From: Octopus sinensis | Lineage: Eukaryota | DNA: 64,000 nt | Assembly (NCBI RefSeq): GCF_006345805.1 | Contig: NC_043008.1 | Span: 8,556,001-8,620,000, forward strand | Direction: 5' to 3' | Shown: positions 37,661 through 51,857 of the stretch, piece by piece | How the letters are laid out: each line of letters starts with the position of its first letter | How positions within the stretch are numbered: position 1 is the stretch's first letter | The notes under the pieces: generated by a model | What the model was told of the DNA's origin: nothing | What the model saw: only the letters and a program-made list of their open reading frames with translations | The model's database searches: none | Program-made: the position numbers and the translations under genes

Positions 37661-39106
37661 CGTTAATAGCGAAAATAAAATGGAAACGTCTGTGTCAGTA
37701 TATAGTACATGTGATTATTTAATGGTTATTGAAGTGTGTCTGACTCAAGCAGGATTCGAAACGGATAATCAAAGCGGCTGTTGTTTACATCGCGGATTTA
37801 TGAATCAAAATAACCTATGATACCAGAATATTCCGACATTATTCGCATAGAACAGTCTTAGTTTGATTTTTTGAAACCCTAAGATCCAGCCAGTTATATG
37901 CTGCGATGAGTAGAGCAACGGACTCCAGTAATTTGAAATTTAGTGTCGACCAAACAGAAAATATCGTCTACAAAGAAGTTTTCCAATTGACATTATCGAA
38001 AGGAATATGATTCATAATCTAAATAAGGAAATTTGTGAACTTTGAATGTATAAGAGTATAAACTAGGGTACAATGGTATAAACAGCTGAAATAAAAGCAT
38101 ATCTATATAACATTTTAAAAAAATACTTTTTATGTAGTGGTCGAAGGAATCTCTTGCTTTCGTTAGGAGTGGTCCACATAACCATTCATAATACAGAGGC
38201 TGGGAGCCTATGTCAGTTCGGGAGTGAATCTTCATCACATGTCACTGAGTCGCAAACACATCTCATATAGCTGCAATTGAATGCTGTATCATCAACAATA
38301 ATGTGATTTCTCTAAGACATCAACCAGTAATCTACCAAAATCCACTGACAAATTTCTCAATACATACTGCTGTTATGACTTCTCTCCCTCATTTTATGGC
38401 TCCATTGTAGATTGGTATATTTATTAGTATATGCTAATTGTAATCTTGAAACTAGCAGTTTTAGGAGACACAGCAACCTTAATGGGAAGTTATTCTATGT
38501 TAATAAGAATTCTAATCCCCCGCCTTGTATCATTAGGGAATATAATTCATGATATATGTAAGCGGATCTGTGTTTATCGATCGATAAGATAATCTGCAAC
38601 TTGACCAAGACTTGCAAAATGCTGTCGTAAAATCAGCTCTGAGAGCAGATATATAATGTGAACAATTAAAGTAAGGCATGCTAAATGAAGGCAGGTTTAT
38701 GGTTAGATCCTGAATTCATGTTTAATCGTTCTGAATGTTTTTGAATTCAGTATCTTGAGATATTCCAATGAGCAATAGGCATCTTTAGGATATTGAACAG
38801 AAAAATCATGATGTTTAGTTCTTGTTGCAAATGCAACACCTCGTTGGAGAATGAAAATATGAAAATCTCTCTAAAGCAAACGAGAATAAAAATGTCCCCG
38901 AATGTAGTCGTATGGGAACTGGCAGCTTCACATTAATACTCGGTCAAGGAAGTTGTATACAAAGGTAAAGTGGATTATTACATAAGTTACACCAGGACAA
39001 TAGAAAATTATTTTGAAATGTTTTAACTGACGAAATTAACACAGAATATTACTATTTGGTTTGACTTCATTATTGCAGTTTATATATGTGTGTGTGAATG
39101 CATACG

Positions 39107-39138
<32 letters not shown>

Positions 39139-39145
<7 letters not shown>

Positions 39146-39256
39146 ATCACGTGACCGACCAGACCATCAGATGTTGTTACACATCGCTGGTCACAATGCG
39201 TTCGCATTGTTTTAACCTTCGTATGACGCTACCCCGCTGGCTAAGCGAGTAGGCCA
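39139..39256 (-). mobile_element. 3' fragment of the SINE tail seen at 1780-1896
   Basis: Reverse complement matches TTGGCCT.CTCGCTTAGCCAGCGGGGT..CATCTGATGG..TCACGTGATCACGTGA. Confidence 0.85.
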
Positions 39257-39287
39257 ATATATATATGTATATATATATATATAATAT

Positions 39288-39330
<43 letters not shown>

Positions 39331-39331
39331 T

Positions 39332-39373
<42 letters not shown>

Positions 39374-39860
39374 ATATATGTACGTATACTTCCATACAAA
39401 TAATTGTGCGTATGAATGCATGCATGTATGATATTATCTATGTACATGTGTGTGTGGTGAGGTCTGTAAATAAATATTAGATCCACTTAAAATATCTTTG
39501 GACATCTTTTATGGCATCAAATGCCTAAGATTGCTAAGTAGCCTGAAATGCACTCATCGGTCTACAGAAACACTGAAACGAGTGTTGGCATTTTATCACC
39601 TTACGTTTTAAAGTGAAAACTTTCTCAACTGAAAACTCTGTGAAAATAACTTTTTTACATGTCAAATATGTCCCAATCATATTTGAACGGATCTGAAACT
39701 TTGTTCCCCCCACAATACTACGTTGCGTGCCTAATATAACATAATATAACATATACTATAATATATGTATGAAATATATATATATATTATAGTATGTATA
39801 TATATATGTATGTCCAAACATACATGCATATATATATACATATATATATGTGTCTGTGTA

Positions 39861-39910
<50 letters not shown>

Positions 39911-41029
39911 GTTTTTATATATACATTTATAAACCTAGGTTTTATGCATATAGACAAAACATGTTTTCATACAAGCATATACAAGCATATATATATATAT
40001 ATATATATAGACACGTTAATAAATGCACACGCACACACACATATGTGTACGAAAATCTAGTAGAACTATCACATTAACAGTGAACATATCTAGTGGCTAG
40101 AGGTGTATATTTTTTTCTTCACAACTAACATCAGAGTGAATGTTAATTATTCAAAACTTTAGGCCAATGCTTTTTTTTGTCTTTTCAATAAATATTATCT
40201 ACAGTTATCTGCCGTGCATATTTAATACGAAAGTGGTTTTCTTCTTTCAGTTTCATAACAAATACAAACCTCTCCATTTCCGAGCTGCCGCAAAGTTAAT
40301 AACTGAACCCCCTAAAGACGGAAACCCCTTTCATGTTTCGAAGCGTAAAAATCCTTCGTAAATTACATCTAACGCAGTTTGGAAAATATAATTAGCTTTG
40401 AACGAATGAAAACTGAAATTTCAAATATTGGCAACCGTTCTTGCATACGTTGCATTTCAACTCTGTACAATGCCGTCGAGAATATACCTCTCTATTTCTC
40501 ACTCTCTCGTCTTTGCTCTCTTCTTCTCTCTCTCTCCATTCTATCTATTTATCTATCTCCATCTTCCTCATATATGCACACACACGCACACACATTTACA
40601 CAAGCACACCTGTATACAAACGTTTATATACATCCATTTAAATACATGTACACATATAGGTATGCATTTATATATGTATACGTTTCAGTCGGCCACATTT
40701 CCAATAAAAGTATTGGTCACCTTGAAACTAGAACACTCTTAACCAATTTGTAGTGTAGTGGGATGTAACCTGGAACTTCACAGTTTAGATGTAACTTTTT
40801 GACTACGCCTGTGCCCATTGTTGTTCATATTGCTCAACCACAGTTCGGGCTTTAAACACAAGCGGAAAAAAATTAACACTAGCAGCCATAAGTTGTTTTG
40901 ACTGGAATGTTCTTAGTTTTGTTGCTTGAAACAAAATGTTAATCATACATGAACATGGACTTTCATTTTAATAACATTAGGTATTGTCGAAGTGTTGCTA
41001 AATTTGTATGTATCAATATGATGTTTGAA

Positions 41030-41430
41030 GGTGGTGAGCTGGCAGAATCGTTCACACGCCGGACGAAATGCTTCGCAGTATTTCATCTGACGTTACGTTC
41101 TGAGTTCAAATTCCGCCGGGGTCGACTTTGCCTTTCATCCTTTTGGGGTTGATAAATGAAGTACCAGTTACGCACTAGATCGATGTAATCGACTTAATCC
41201 GTTTGTATGTCCTTGTTTGTTCTCTCTGTGTTTAGCCCCTTGTGGATAGTAAAGAAATAGGTATTTCCTCTGCCGCTACGTTCTCAGTTCAAATTCCGCC
41301 AAGGTCAACTTTGCCTTTCATCCTTTCGGGATCGATAAATTAAGTACTAGTTACGCACTGGTGTCAATGTAATCGACTTAATCCGTTTTTTTACTACTTT
41401 ATGTTTATCCGCTTGTGGGCAATAAAAAAT
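41030..41430 (+). mobile_element. Family A SINE dimer
   Basis: Full unit 41030-41259 is followed directly by a unit starting at GGTATTTC (41260). Confidence 0.88.
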
Positions 41431-41755
41431 TAATATACCGTTTGAGATACATATGGTTATCCATTCACTTGTATTCATTCAGAGTCGCTTACATACGGTC
41501 ACTAAACCTCAACACAAAAGGTTTGTACTAAAATAGTTTTGGGTGAAATTTGGTAGAACCAATTTTTATGATAGTTTAGAAATACTAGATATGTAATTCT
41601 AAAGTCCAGCCGTTATCACATATTTTCTTTCAATTGTTTCACTTCTGTTAAGAGTACAAGGGCCATCGGAATACTCTTCCAGTTACAAGGGAGCTTAACG
41701 AGTGGCAATTTCAGATGATCGATTAACCGAATGTCTATATATATATATATATATG

Positions 41756-41811
<56 letters not shown>

Positions 41812-41851
41812 ATATATACATATACATATACATATATATATATATATATAT

Positions 41852-41894
<43 letters not shown>

Positions 41895-42758
41895 TGTATC
41901 TATATATATATACACTCTATGTGCGTGTCTGCCTGTATGTCTGTATTTGCACGCACATGAGTTTGTATTTGTGTGTGGGCGTGTGTGTGTGTTTGTGATA
42001 TACGCACGTCTGTGTGGTTGTGTTATACATTTACACAAGATGCTCCGATGGCAAAAAGGAAAGAACCAACGAAATTGCTTTCAGTAAAAAAAAATTTTTT
42101 AAATAATAAAACATAAATGAAACAAAAGTAAAGAAGAAAAAAAACAAACAATAAAATAATAAAACGTGACACATCTAAAGCTCCGAGACTAAGCTTAAGA
42201 CAATTTTATCAATTAAAAACTGATTGAAAAGACATTAAAGAGAGCTTACCTGTCACCAACTAATTGAATGATACTCTACCTAGCTGTCGACATCAAGATA
42301 GCCTTATTAAACACAGCTTCGTTTTGTGTATTGCTAATTTCACAATTTTCAATCACCATACGCAAGTTTTCCTTTTATTTTATTTTCCTCTGTTTTCTTG
42401 TGTTTATTTAATTTTTTCAATATTCTACAGTGCTTGTTGATGTGAATTTTAAACTATAGAATATGTTACTAAGGAACGAATGAAGAGTGTATATTAAGAA
42501 TATTGTGTTAAATACGTTATTAAAATTGATCAGTTAGGAAAAGAATTTGTCTATTATCTTAAGGCGAAAAGGAATTGAGCATTGACAGCAAGACTGTCAG
42601 TTTTTGAATGGCCAATTAAGAAGATTACCACTCAAAGCGAAACAAGTACTTTGGAGACTCTGACATTAAATGTACAAACATACATGTACAGACATATGCT
42701 TAAAGTTTCTTCAAGAAGAAAGTTGTTTTAAATTCAGAACATAAACCTCTTACACACA

Positions 42759-42789
<31 letters not shown>

Positions 42790-43079
42790 CAGGTGTGCGA
42801 ATATGCGTGCGAGTGAATGACCGTGCGTGTGTGGCAATGATTATACTTTTCTGTTCTGTGCTTAGTCGGCAACAGATAATAGAGTTTTTAGAACAAATTA
42901 TATAAATTTAACATTTGTTTATAAAAAAATGAAAGAGGAGATATTCATAAATAGATAAGCAGAGGTACATGTATGCAGACATATATGCACATGCAAAGGA
43001 ATGCAATATGCATATAAATATATATACATACGCAAGCAGACACACACATACATATATATATACATATATATATAGAAGG

Positions 43080-43130
43080 AGCTTCTACAGGACTAGAACT
43101 GTTTCATTCAAGAGAAATCTTCAGGAAGCT
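43080..43130 (-). ncRNA. Type I hammerhead ribozyme (GUA family, copy 3)
   Basis: Same 51-nt motif. Predicted cleavage at 43086/43085. Confidence 0.78.
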
Positions 43131-43177
43131 TCCTGAAGATTTCTCTTGAATGAAACAGTTCTAGTCCTGTAGAAGCT
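43127..43177 (+). ncRNA. Type I hammerhead ribozyme (GUA family, copy 4)
   Basis: Same 51-nt motif, overlapping copy 3 by 4 nt. Predicted cleavage at 43171/43172. Confidence 0.78.
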
Positions 43178-43263
43178 CCTTCTATATAATAAATTAATTT
43201 TACTCTACTATGTATTGAGTACCTTATTTACTGTGGTTAACCCCGAATCAACCCGGGACCTAC

Positions 43264-43313
<50 letters not shown>

Positions 43314-43339
43314 TATATATTCAAATTCGTTGATACTCG

Positions 43340-44150
43340 GCCAATAGAGAGTTCTCTATCAGGGCTGCCACGCCACTACAACGATGATTTGGCTAGGAGC
43401 GAGTTTACTCAGAAGCTCACTGTGAACAACCTCCTAACTCCTTCACCTCACCCCAAAAGTATAAGGAAGAGGAAAACTATATGGTACATGACCCCTTTCA
43501 ACCTAGACGTTTCTACGAACGTAGCTAGGGGCTTCCTGTCGTTAATTAAGAAACACTTCCCCCGAGGTCACAGTTATTAAAGGCTCTTCAACCCCATAGT
43601 ATCAAGGTGAGCTACCCCTGCTTAGACAACATCGCATCTAACATTGCACACATCAACAGACGTAAAAATTCACCCGCGCCAACCAAACCCCAACTTGCAA
43701 TTCCCCAAACCCACCATGTGCCCTCTAGAAGGATCCTGCGTCTCAAGGGACGTTGTATACAGAGCCACCCTCATACCATCCGATGGCATTATTGGCACTA
43801 TAGGGGTATGACAGCTAATAAGTTCATGGGAAGATACTCTCAACATATGCACTCATTCAGATCCAGTGATAGAGGGAACTCTACTTCCCTGTCTCGTTTT
43901 CTCTAGGGATTCCGTGACCTTCAAGATGTAACACCCAGCATAAAGTGGACTATTGTCAACAGAGTGCCACTATATTCACCCGGTACTCCAAACTGCCAGT
44001 TCTGCTAACGCGAAAAACTGTATATCCTACAATAACTTGTAGTATCCAAATACAAGACATACGATTTTTCTTATTGCTGTCAGCAGAGGTCCACCATTGT
44101 GACAAATTTCAAGCTTCTGACTGCCGACAAAATTCTGACTGCTAACAACT
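43340..44150 (+). mobile_element. Naiad-type PLE, 5'-truncated pseudogene (RT C-terminus plus GIY-YIG)
   Basis: RKRKTIWYMTPFNLDVSTNVARGFLSLIKKHFP, IKVSYPCLDNI, CPLEGSC..VVYRAT, YRGMT..RYSQH..NSTSLSRF, KWTIV..CQFC*REK. Contains stops and frameshifts. Confidence 0.82.
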
Positions 44151-44194
44151 AGACTGTTCCTCGAAATTAACCCTCTGAGGCACAGGTTAGTGTA

Positions 44195-44400
44195 ATGTTC
44201 TTTGTGGAAGACCAGTAGTCGCCCATGCCACGCAACCGATGTCATCCAATGGAATGGCAACGACCAATACATCTTGGCACCAGTGACATCGCCAGACTTT
44301 TCTACAGCTGAGTGAAGTGGAACAGCGTGAAATAAAGTGTTTTGCTCAAGAAAATAGCACATCCCCCGCTTCAGGAATCGAAATAACTACCTCATGATTT
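44195..44400 (-). mobile_element. Family E SINE, diverged
   Basis: Similar to 22090-22320 (AGTCGCCCATGC..CAGCTGAGT..GAAATAA..CAAGAA..GGAATCGAA). Confidence 0.7.
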
Positions 44401-46134
44401 GAGACAATCAGCGAAATATGTAGATTTCTAATGCTTTCCAGTCTCCTTGTCAATTAAATTGTAATCAAACTCCACTTACAATAAAATAAACCATCAAGCT
44501 CTCCACACATACGATGGGTTATTAAAGTTGTTTTGCTATTCCATTCACTTCCTTCTGGAACATTTAATTTTATGCACTCCATTCCTCAGTTATTTTTCAG
44601 CTTAATCATTGTACATGCACACAGGCCTACCGAATTATTTATCCTTGTGTTTGTACATCATTGTTGCACCGAGGAGCTTCTCTCACATACGTAAAAAAAA
44701 TTACAATAATGCAGTTTTACTAAATAAGATGAATACTTAAAAATGAATAAATGGAAACTCTCATTGTAACATAACAATGAGAACATATATATAAAGCATG
44801 AGACACGTCAAAGTAACCATGTACGAATTCATACATAACGTTTACATATGTGTAGGTACGCATATTGACATAAATAAATATTTCTCTTTATTTCTTTTCT
44901 TTTTCTCACTGCACACACACACACACATAGACACACATACATATATGTATACACATAAATTTATTGATATACAATAATCCGATAAATTTCATAATTTATT
45001 CATTATTCTTTAGTGTGATTTTCCTTCTATTACATTGAATGGAAATAGGATACCATTTTTAAAAAAATATTACGTAATATTGACAATTGCTAATATGTCG
45101 GTTAGCTAACTTATCAGAGGGGCTATAAATGACGTGATCGAAATAGCTGATCGCTAAGTATATTTTAATTTATTTATCATTGAAGGGAAGAGAAGAAATG
45201 CTGTCATGTCAAAGCGACCAAGGTCCAAAGAGGGATACAAGACGTGTCTGAAAGTGCCGAGAATGCAATAAAGGAGCTTCTACACATTTCTGTCTACTAA
45301 TTTCTTATTTAATAGTTTCTTCAATAAACGCATATTTTCATATTTTAAAGCTACCGTCCGATGTAATTATCACACTTAAACACCATAAACAGATTATTTT
45401 GTTGAGGCTATTTCTACAGAAATTATAACCAGCATTGACATTTTGCTAACACTAAATATTTACCATAGACAGATGACAAGGCATTTCTGATTAATCTTAA
45501 TCCATTCCAAGAAAAGTGACATTTATAATTGATAATATACTCCTGATTGGTCCTAATCCGTAACAATATAAATCTATTACTAAAGCACATTTTATCGACA
45601 TGTTACTAGTCACGTAGAAAAGAAATTGTACTCTTATTGTGTGCATTAGAAACATAACGTGATTAATCTAAAACGTATGGTCACAAACCTAAGAAAAACT
45701 CTCCTCGGGTCTCCAGAGAACACCTTACATCATAGCACAAGTTAGCTAACCATAGACTTTTGTAGGAGTGGTATTTTTTTACTCGAGTGAAGGACGGTAG
45801 GAAAAATATACATTAGACAAACAGAAAACTTATTTAAACATTTCGAAGTGAAATACACCAATCGTGTTCAGCTTTACTAAAAGCAAATTATATCAAGTTT
45901 TTTTACGCAGATTACATGTAAAACTGAACTCATTCTCTCTCAAATGTATATGTGTGTGCTTCGATGTCTGTGTGTGAGAGAGAGTAAGTGTAGTTATTTG
46001 CCTGTTTAAATCTGTAACTAACGCGCAGGTATACATACGACTGCGATATAAAATCAATACAAATAAACTCGAAAAATGATTGTGGCGAGCTCGCCAAAAA
46101 TAATCGATTACATATAAGTGTTTGTACATGTATA

Positions 46135-46168
<34 letters not shown>

Positions 46169-46323
46169 ATCTATAAAATATATATAGTTATGCATACATA
46201 TGTATCTATATATACATATGCATGCATAACTATATATATTTTATATTTACACATACATATATATATATATACATGTACTGGCACTTATATGTAATCGATT
46301 ATATATATGTATGTATGTATATA

Positions 46324-46423
<100 letters not shown>

Positions 46424-46871
46424 GTATGTATGTATGTGTATTTTGTGGTGGAGTGCAAGATTTATTTGTTTGGCTTATTTGATAGACTTTACACGACGCA
46501 AGAATAGCATTGACTAAGGTGTAATGTCGAAGAAGCGGCAACCTGTAGGGTTCCGAGTTGACCACCTACCCTTACAGCTACATTACATTGAGTATCTATC
46601 GCATCTTAATGATAGTGCATTTATTCACCTCGCATGACGTGAATCAATCGCCAAAGTATTGTTTAATACAACATAGACAATAAGTTGAAATTATTTTCCA
46701 TTAATATATAATTTATTCATAAACATTATTATTTTTCAACGTGTTTCAGTCGCTGGACTTTGGCCATGCAATTGCAGCTCATTGAAACATGATCGATTTC
46801 ATTGACCTTCGACACGCAGGCCATTGCTTATATGTGTGTGTGTTTGTTTGTGTGTGTGTACACATAATCTT

Positions 46872-47268
46872 GTGAAGCACTCCGTCGGTTACGACGATGA
46901 GGATCCCGGTTGATCCGAATCAGCGGAACAGCCTGCTCGTGAAATTAACGTGTAAGTGGCTGAGCACTCCACAGACACGTGCACCCTTAACGTAGTTCTC
47001 GGGGATATTCAGCGTGACACAGAGAGTGACAAGGCCGGCCCCTTGAATCACAAGTACAACAGAAACAGGAAGTAAGAGTGAGAGAAAGTTGTGGTGAAAG
47101 AGTACAGCAGGGATCACCACCATTCCCTGTCGGAGCCTCGTGGAGCTTTAGGTGTTTTCCCTCAATAAACACTCACAACGCCCGGTCTGGGAATCGAAAC
47201 CGCGATCCTATGACCGCGATCCTATGACCGCGAGTCCGCTGACCTAACCACTGGGCCATTGCGCCTCC
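46872..47268 (-). mobile_element. Family B SINE, full length, with 14-bp head duplication
   Basis: Matches the 11.5 and 51.5 kb copies. CGCGATCCTATGAC occurs twice at about 47201-47228. Confidence 0.9.
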
Positions 47269-47650
47269 ACACACATAAAATATACGTATCTGCAAGTGTC
47301 TTACCTTTATATACATACGTATATAAACGCCAGGATTCCAAAACGTATCTGTCTATCAACTCCTAACATCATAGAAATAATAAGAAGAGAAAGAGTGAGA
47401 AGGGGAGGGGGAAGGGAAAGAAAGTGAGAGAGTGTGCTTGTAGTGGTCGTTAGTTACAGACCGAGAATAACGCAGTGAATGCGCCACCATTCTGTCAAGT
47501 AATTAATGTGTTTCAGTTACCCATTGACAACAATATGTGTCCATTTGTCTCACGTCTTTCGAAGGTTGTCTACGGGAGCTGGGCATATGTGACTCACACG
47601 CGCGTGCACTCGCACGCACGCACACACACACAAACACACACACACATACA

Positions 47651-47696
<46 letters not shown>

Positions 47697-48899
47697 TATA
47701 TATACACAGACGGAAGGATAGAGAGGAAAAAAGAAAGAAACTGTATATATATATGTGTGTGTCTGTGTGTATATATATATATATATATCTATATATACAC
47801 ATATATATATATATATACGTAAATATATATATATATATATATATAAAGAGAGAGAGAGAGGTGGGGAGAGGGAGAGGAAAGAGATCTTTGTGTCACCCAT
47901 TCAAGGAAAGCGAGAAGTTTTTGAAAATATTTTGTGTGTGTGTGTATGTGTGCGCGCGGGTGTGAATCTGTGCGTTTTTGATTATATGTTTTATAGCGGT
48001 TAATTGATGGCTTTAATGTCGTGCAATCTTTGAATTCTGGGGTTTTGCGGAATGTATTTTTTCGAATGAAGTATGATTAATTTTTTTTCTTTGCGTTCAT
48101 TTCGTATTTTTTGATAAAAATTTATTTTAGAAGTAAATTGCATTAAAATGGATTATAATCAACCTGAGATAAATTATGAACCTAACGTGTCAAATCGGAT
48201 TTGGATGTTATTGAAATGTATTATAAATAATCGCCGATGTGCTGACGTGCGTGTAGGACGTCTAAGCGCAAAATTTTATCAAAGTATATAGCTTTACAGT
48301 ATAAGACTAGCGGTGAGTTTTGTAATTATATGATTTAAAACTAAATCCGCGACTGTATACAGAATTCAAATTTTTAAAATATTGTCAGTTTTCTTGTGAT
48401 CAATTTATTAAGTCTGAATGACATATAGAGAAATCGACGCTTATCCGTTTGGTCAAACACTGTTTTAAAACGAAAATTCTAATTTACATTTTGTGATAAA
48501 TAATGACTCCCGTTTGATGAAGCATCATTTCAATAAAAGCTACATCTAAAATTTCACAATCAAACGTATATCACAGGAAAGAAGCAAACTCAATTTCCAT
48601 CTATAAAAACTAGATTTCAAATATATTTTAAAAGGTTAACAAAAGAACCTGAACATACCGATTTTTTGAAACAACGATCAAATGTTTAAAATCAAAAAGC
48701 AATTAAGAAAATCGCCATTCCTGACATTTTTATCAAAGCAAAACCCTTTAAATTGCTGGTTGGTTCTGTTTCTTTTTACTTTTTCTAACAGAAATACTAG
48801 GATAGACCGCTTTTATTTTACTAACTTTTAGGCATTTGTCTAGACAGTGCGAACTCACACATCTATATCTATCTATCTACTTATCAATCTATCTTTAAA

Positions 48900-49690
48900 T
48901 ATTGGGTTGTCCGGAAAGTTCATGCTGATTTTGAAGGGAAACTAAAATGCAAAGTAAAATTATACCATTAAATATTTATTCAACTAAATATGAAGCAGTT
49001 TGTTGCACAAGCGTTCTCCATCTTTCCTTCAATTTAAAGGTTGCGTCATCCCAGAATATCTGTGGTTTCTTGGCAAATCACGCATTAATGTGTATTTGTA
49101 TGTTCTCCAAAGAATTACAATTTTTACCATTGAGATTATTTTGCAAGGACCTGAATAAACAGCAATTCAAACGAGCAATGTCTGGTGAATATGGCGGGTG
49201 GAGTAACACATCCCAGTCAAGCTACAAGAATTTTTGACGGTCGCCAAAGAAACTAGAGGTCTGGCATTATCCTAAAGGAAAGTGACACCATTCTTGTTCG
49301 CCAATTCTGGGTATTTCCCTTGTATTGCTGCCTTTAAATCGTCAAGTCGCGAGCAGTGCTTTCAGAATTAATTGGCTGGTTACTTGGCAGAAGCTCATAG
49401 TGGAGGATCTCTCTTGCAAACCCACTAGATGCAGAGCATGACTTTCTTAGGATGAAGACTTGCTTTTGAGGTGGTTAAAGGAAGCTCATGTCGCTTACCC
49501 CAGGATCTTTTTCGCTGGACGTTGGTGTAAACAATCCATTTCTCAACACCCCTGAGAATTTGCTTCAAAAATTATCCATTTTCATTGTGCATATGCAGCA
49601 AAGCACACATAGAAATATGATCCAAAAGATTCTTTTCTATCAGATTGTATGGTACCGAAACATTGACGCGATTTGTGTACCCAAGGTTTA
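48900..49690 (-). mobile_element. Mariner DNA transposon remnant (transposase C-terminal half and one TIR)
   Basis: EKWIVYTNVQRKRSW..LHPKKVMLC..DNARP and decayed YSPD region. TA followed by TIR TTGGGTTGTCCGGAAAGTTC at 48900-48921. The other TIR was not found. Confidence 0.88.
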
Positions 49691-50612
49691 TTAAGTGCTC
49701 ATATATATATACACAGGCTTTAAATTCGAGCTACTATTAGTTTCATGCATCTCAAAATTCAATGGTCAGACTAACTTGTATAGTATAGGTGTGTTTCCAA
49801 TAGCGATCATAAATTCAACATCGCTGCTCTCTGAGAAAGAAAGAAGAACGACAAATACATATGTATGTATATACACTTCTGCGTGTGTATATGTATGAAA
49901 TGATATATAATTAGGTCTGTATGTATGACTGTTATACATCTCACGATGCAGAAAGTGGTTGTGCACTATATTTAATCCCCATTGATGTGCTTGTAAGCGT
50001 CTAATTCCAAGGGGATCCAAAAGTGCGGGCCAAACGCAGAATTTGTTATATCACGAATGAATCGAGGCTTTGTTGATCAGTTCGTCCTGGTTTGTAATTT
50101 CAATTCTATTTTATCGTCGACAAGCTGGGATGTGTCACAGATCAGCCAACTGCATTTTCAGTCACTGTTCGCTCACGATTAAAATTTGGACATTTTTTTC
50201 AAAATTGTGTTATATACATATTTACAATGCCTCCCTTCCAACACCCATTCGTGTGCGTTTCATTTCTATCGCTAGCAGTATACGGTGGCTTAGTATTCTC
50301 ACGAATTATATGGTTTCAATTATGTTAGCTTATTTATCTATACACTTGTTTCATTCCTTTCTTATTTTTTCACTAATGAGATATGGCTGTATGTGTGTAT
50401 ATACGTAAGTACGTATATATACATGTTTACATTAATGTATAAACTTAAAATAGATATACATTATCTTAATACATTCAAATATATACACGCTCAGGTTTAC
50501 AGATATAATTGTGTGTGAGCGTGTGTGCGTGTGTCTATTTATTTATATCTCCCTCGCTCACTCTATCACTCTCTGTCTATATATGTGCGCGTGTATGTAT
50601 GTGTATGTACGT

Positions 50613-50648
<36 letters not shown>

Positions 50649-50730
50649 TCATTTATCTATTGATATATTATATATATAATATATAATATATATATATATA
50701 TTATATATATAATATATATATATATATATA

Positions 50731-50797
<67 letters not shown>

Positions 50798-51473
50798 TAT
50801 ACATAAACACACATATGTATATAACCTAATATTTATAGATTCCTGATTTTACTGATGTGCTTCTGTATGCACACATGTGCAGCTTTTGAGTGCAAGCATA
50901 TAAATATGCATCAGCTACTGTGTATCTTTGATAACAACTAATGTGTTTTTTTTAGTCCTCAAAACTATGCTTCAATAACTGAATAGCACATAATTTTATG
51001 AGCTTCACCATTATTACCTTATTATACGAATACCTCCCGCTGCCTCGCACCAAATGTCTTTTCACATCATATTGTTTTACACATCATATTCTTCTTTATA
51101 TTTAATAGACTAGAGTGAATACTTTTGAACACGAGTGGTGTATATTTAATGAAACCAATAAACTACGAATGAAATTTATTGAGTCGGAAAAAAGAACTCG
51201 AAATGTTATAATAGTCTTTTTGTGGGGGCTTAATGATCGTGATACGATAGATGAGGAGATGTAATATTTGATCAGCGAGTTTACCATACCCAATGTAAAT
51301 GTGCTTCGGCAGTGCCAAATTTTCTCATCTCAAGGAGATAAATTCATGCGGCATTTCGATGTATCGTAATAAAAATATGAACAAAGACTGCCTATAAAAA
51401 AAAACCTACCATCTATATTAGACTCTCTCTCTCTCAGAAGGAGATGAAGTTTCTGCGTATTCACCAGGGTCTA

Positions 51474-51857
51474 GTGGAAGCACTCCGTCGGTTGCGACGA
51501 CGAGGGTCCCGGTTGATCCGAATCAACGGAACAGCCTGCTCGTGAAATTAACGTGTAAGTGGCTGAGCACTCCACAGACACGTGTACCCATAACGTAGTT
51601 CTCGGGGATATTCAGCGTGACACAGAGAGTGACAAGGCCGGCCCTTTGAAATACAGGTACAACAGAAACAGGAAGTAAGAGTGAGAGAAAGTTGTGGTGA
51701 AAGAGTACAGCAGGGATCACCACAACCCCCTGCCGGAGCCTCGTGGAGCTTTAGGTGTTTTCGCTCAATAAACACTCACAACGCCCGGTCTGGGAATCGA
51801 AACCGCGATCCTATGACCGCGAGTCCGCTTCCTTAACCACTGGGCCATTGCGCCTCC
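51474..51857 (-). mobile_element. Family B SINE, full length, with TSD
   Basis: ACCAGGGTCTA at 51463-51473 and 51858-51868. Confidence 0.93.

Larger units (their letters stand above)
43069..43263. mobile_element. Minimal fold-back pseudo-LTR: 120-bp perfect palindrome plus terminus
   Basis: 43069-43188 is a perfect palindrome centred on AAGCTT (43128/43129). 43189-43263 differs by one base from the reverse complement of the terminus starting at 23802. Confidence 0.9.

Noticed and set aside
37990-38980. Possible very old L1/Tx1-like RT remnant (ISALRADF, KQEIP)
   Set aside because: Motifs are too weak and stop-ridden to call without a profile search.
49776-49830. Possible 55-nt minus-strand exon (good acceptor, GTTAGT donor)
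   Set aside because: No recognisable peptide and no consistent neighbouring exons. Splice-like signals arise by chance.
51300-51320. GTGCTTCGGCAG resembling the U6 snRNA 5' end
   Set aside because: The match is only about 10 nt and the rest of U6 is absent.
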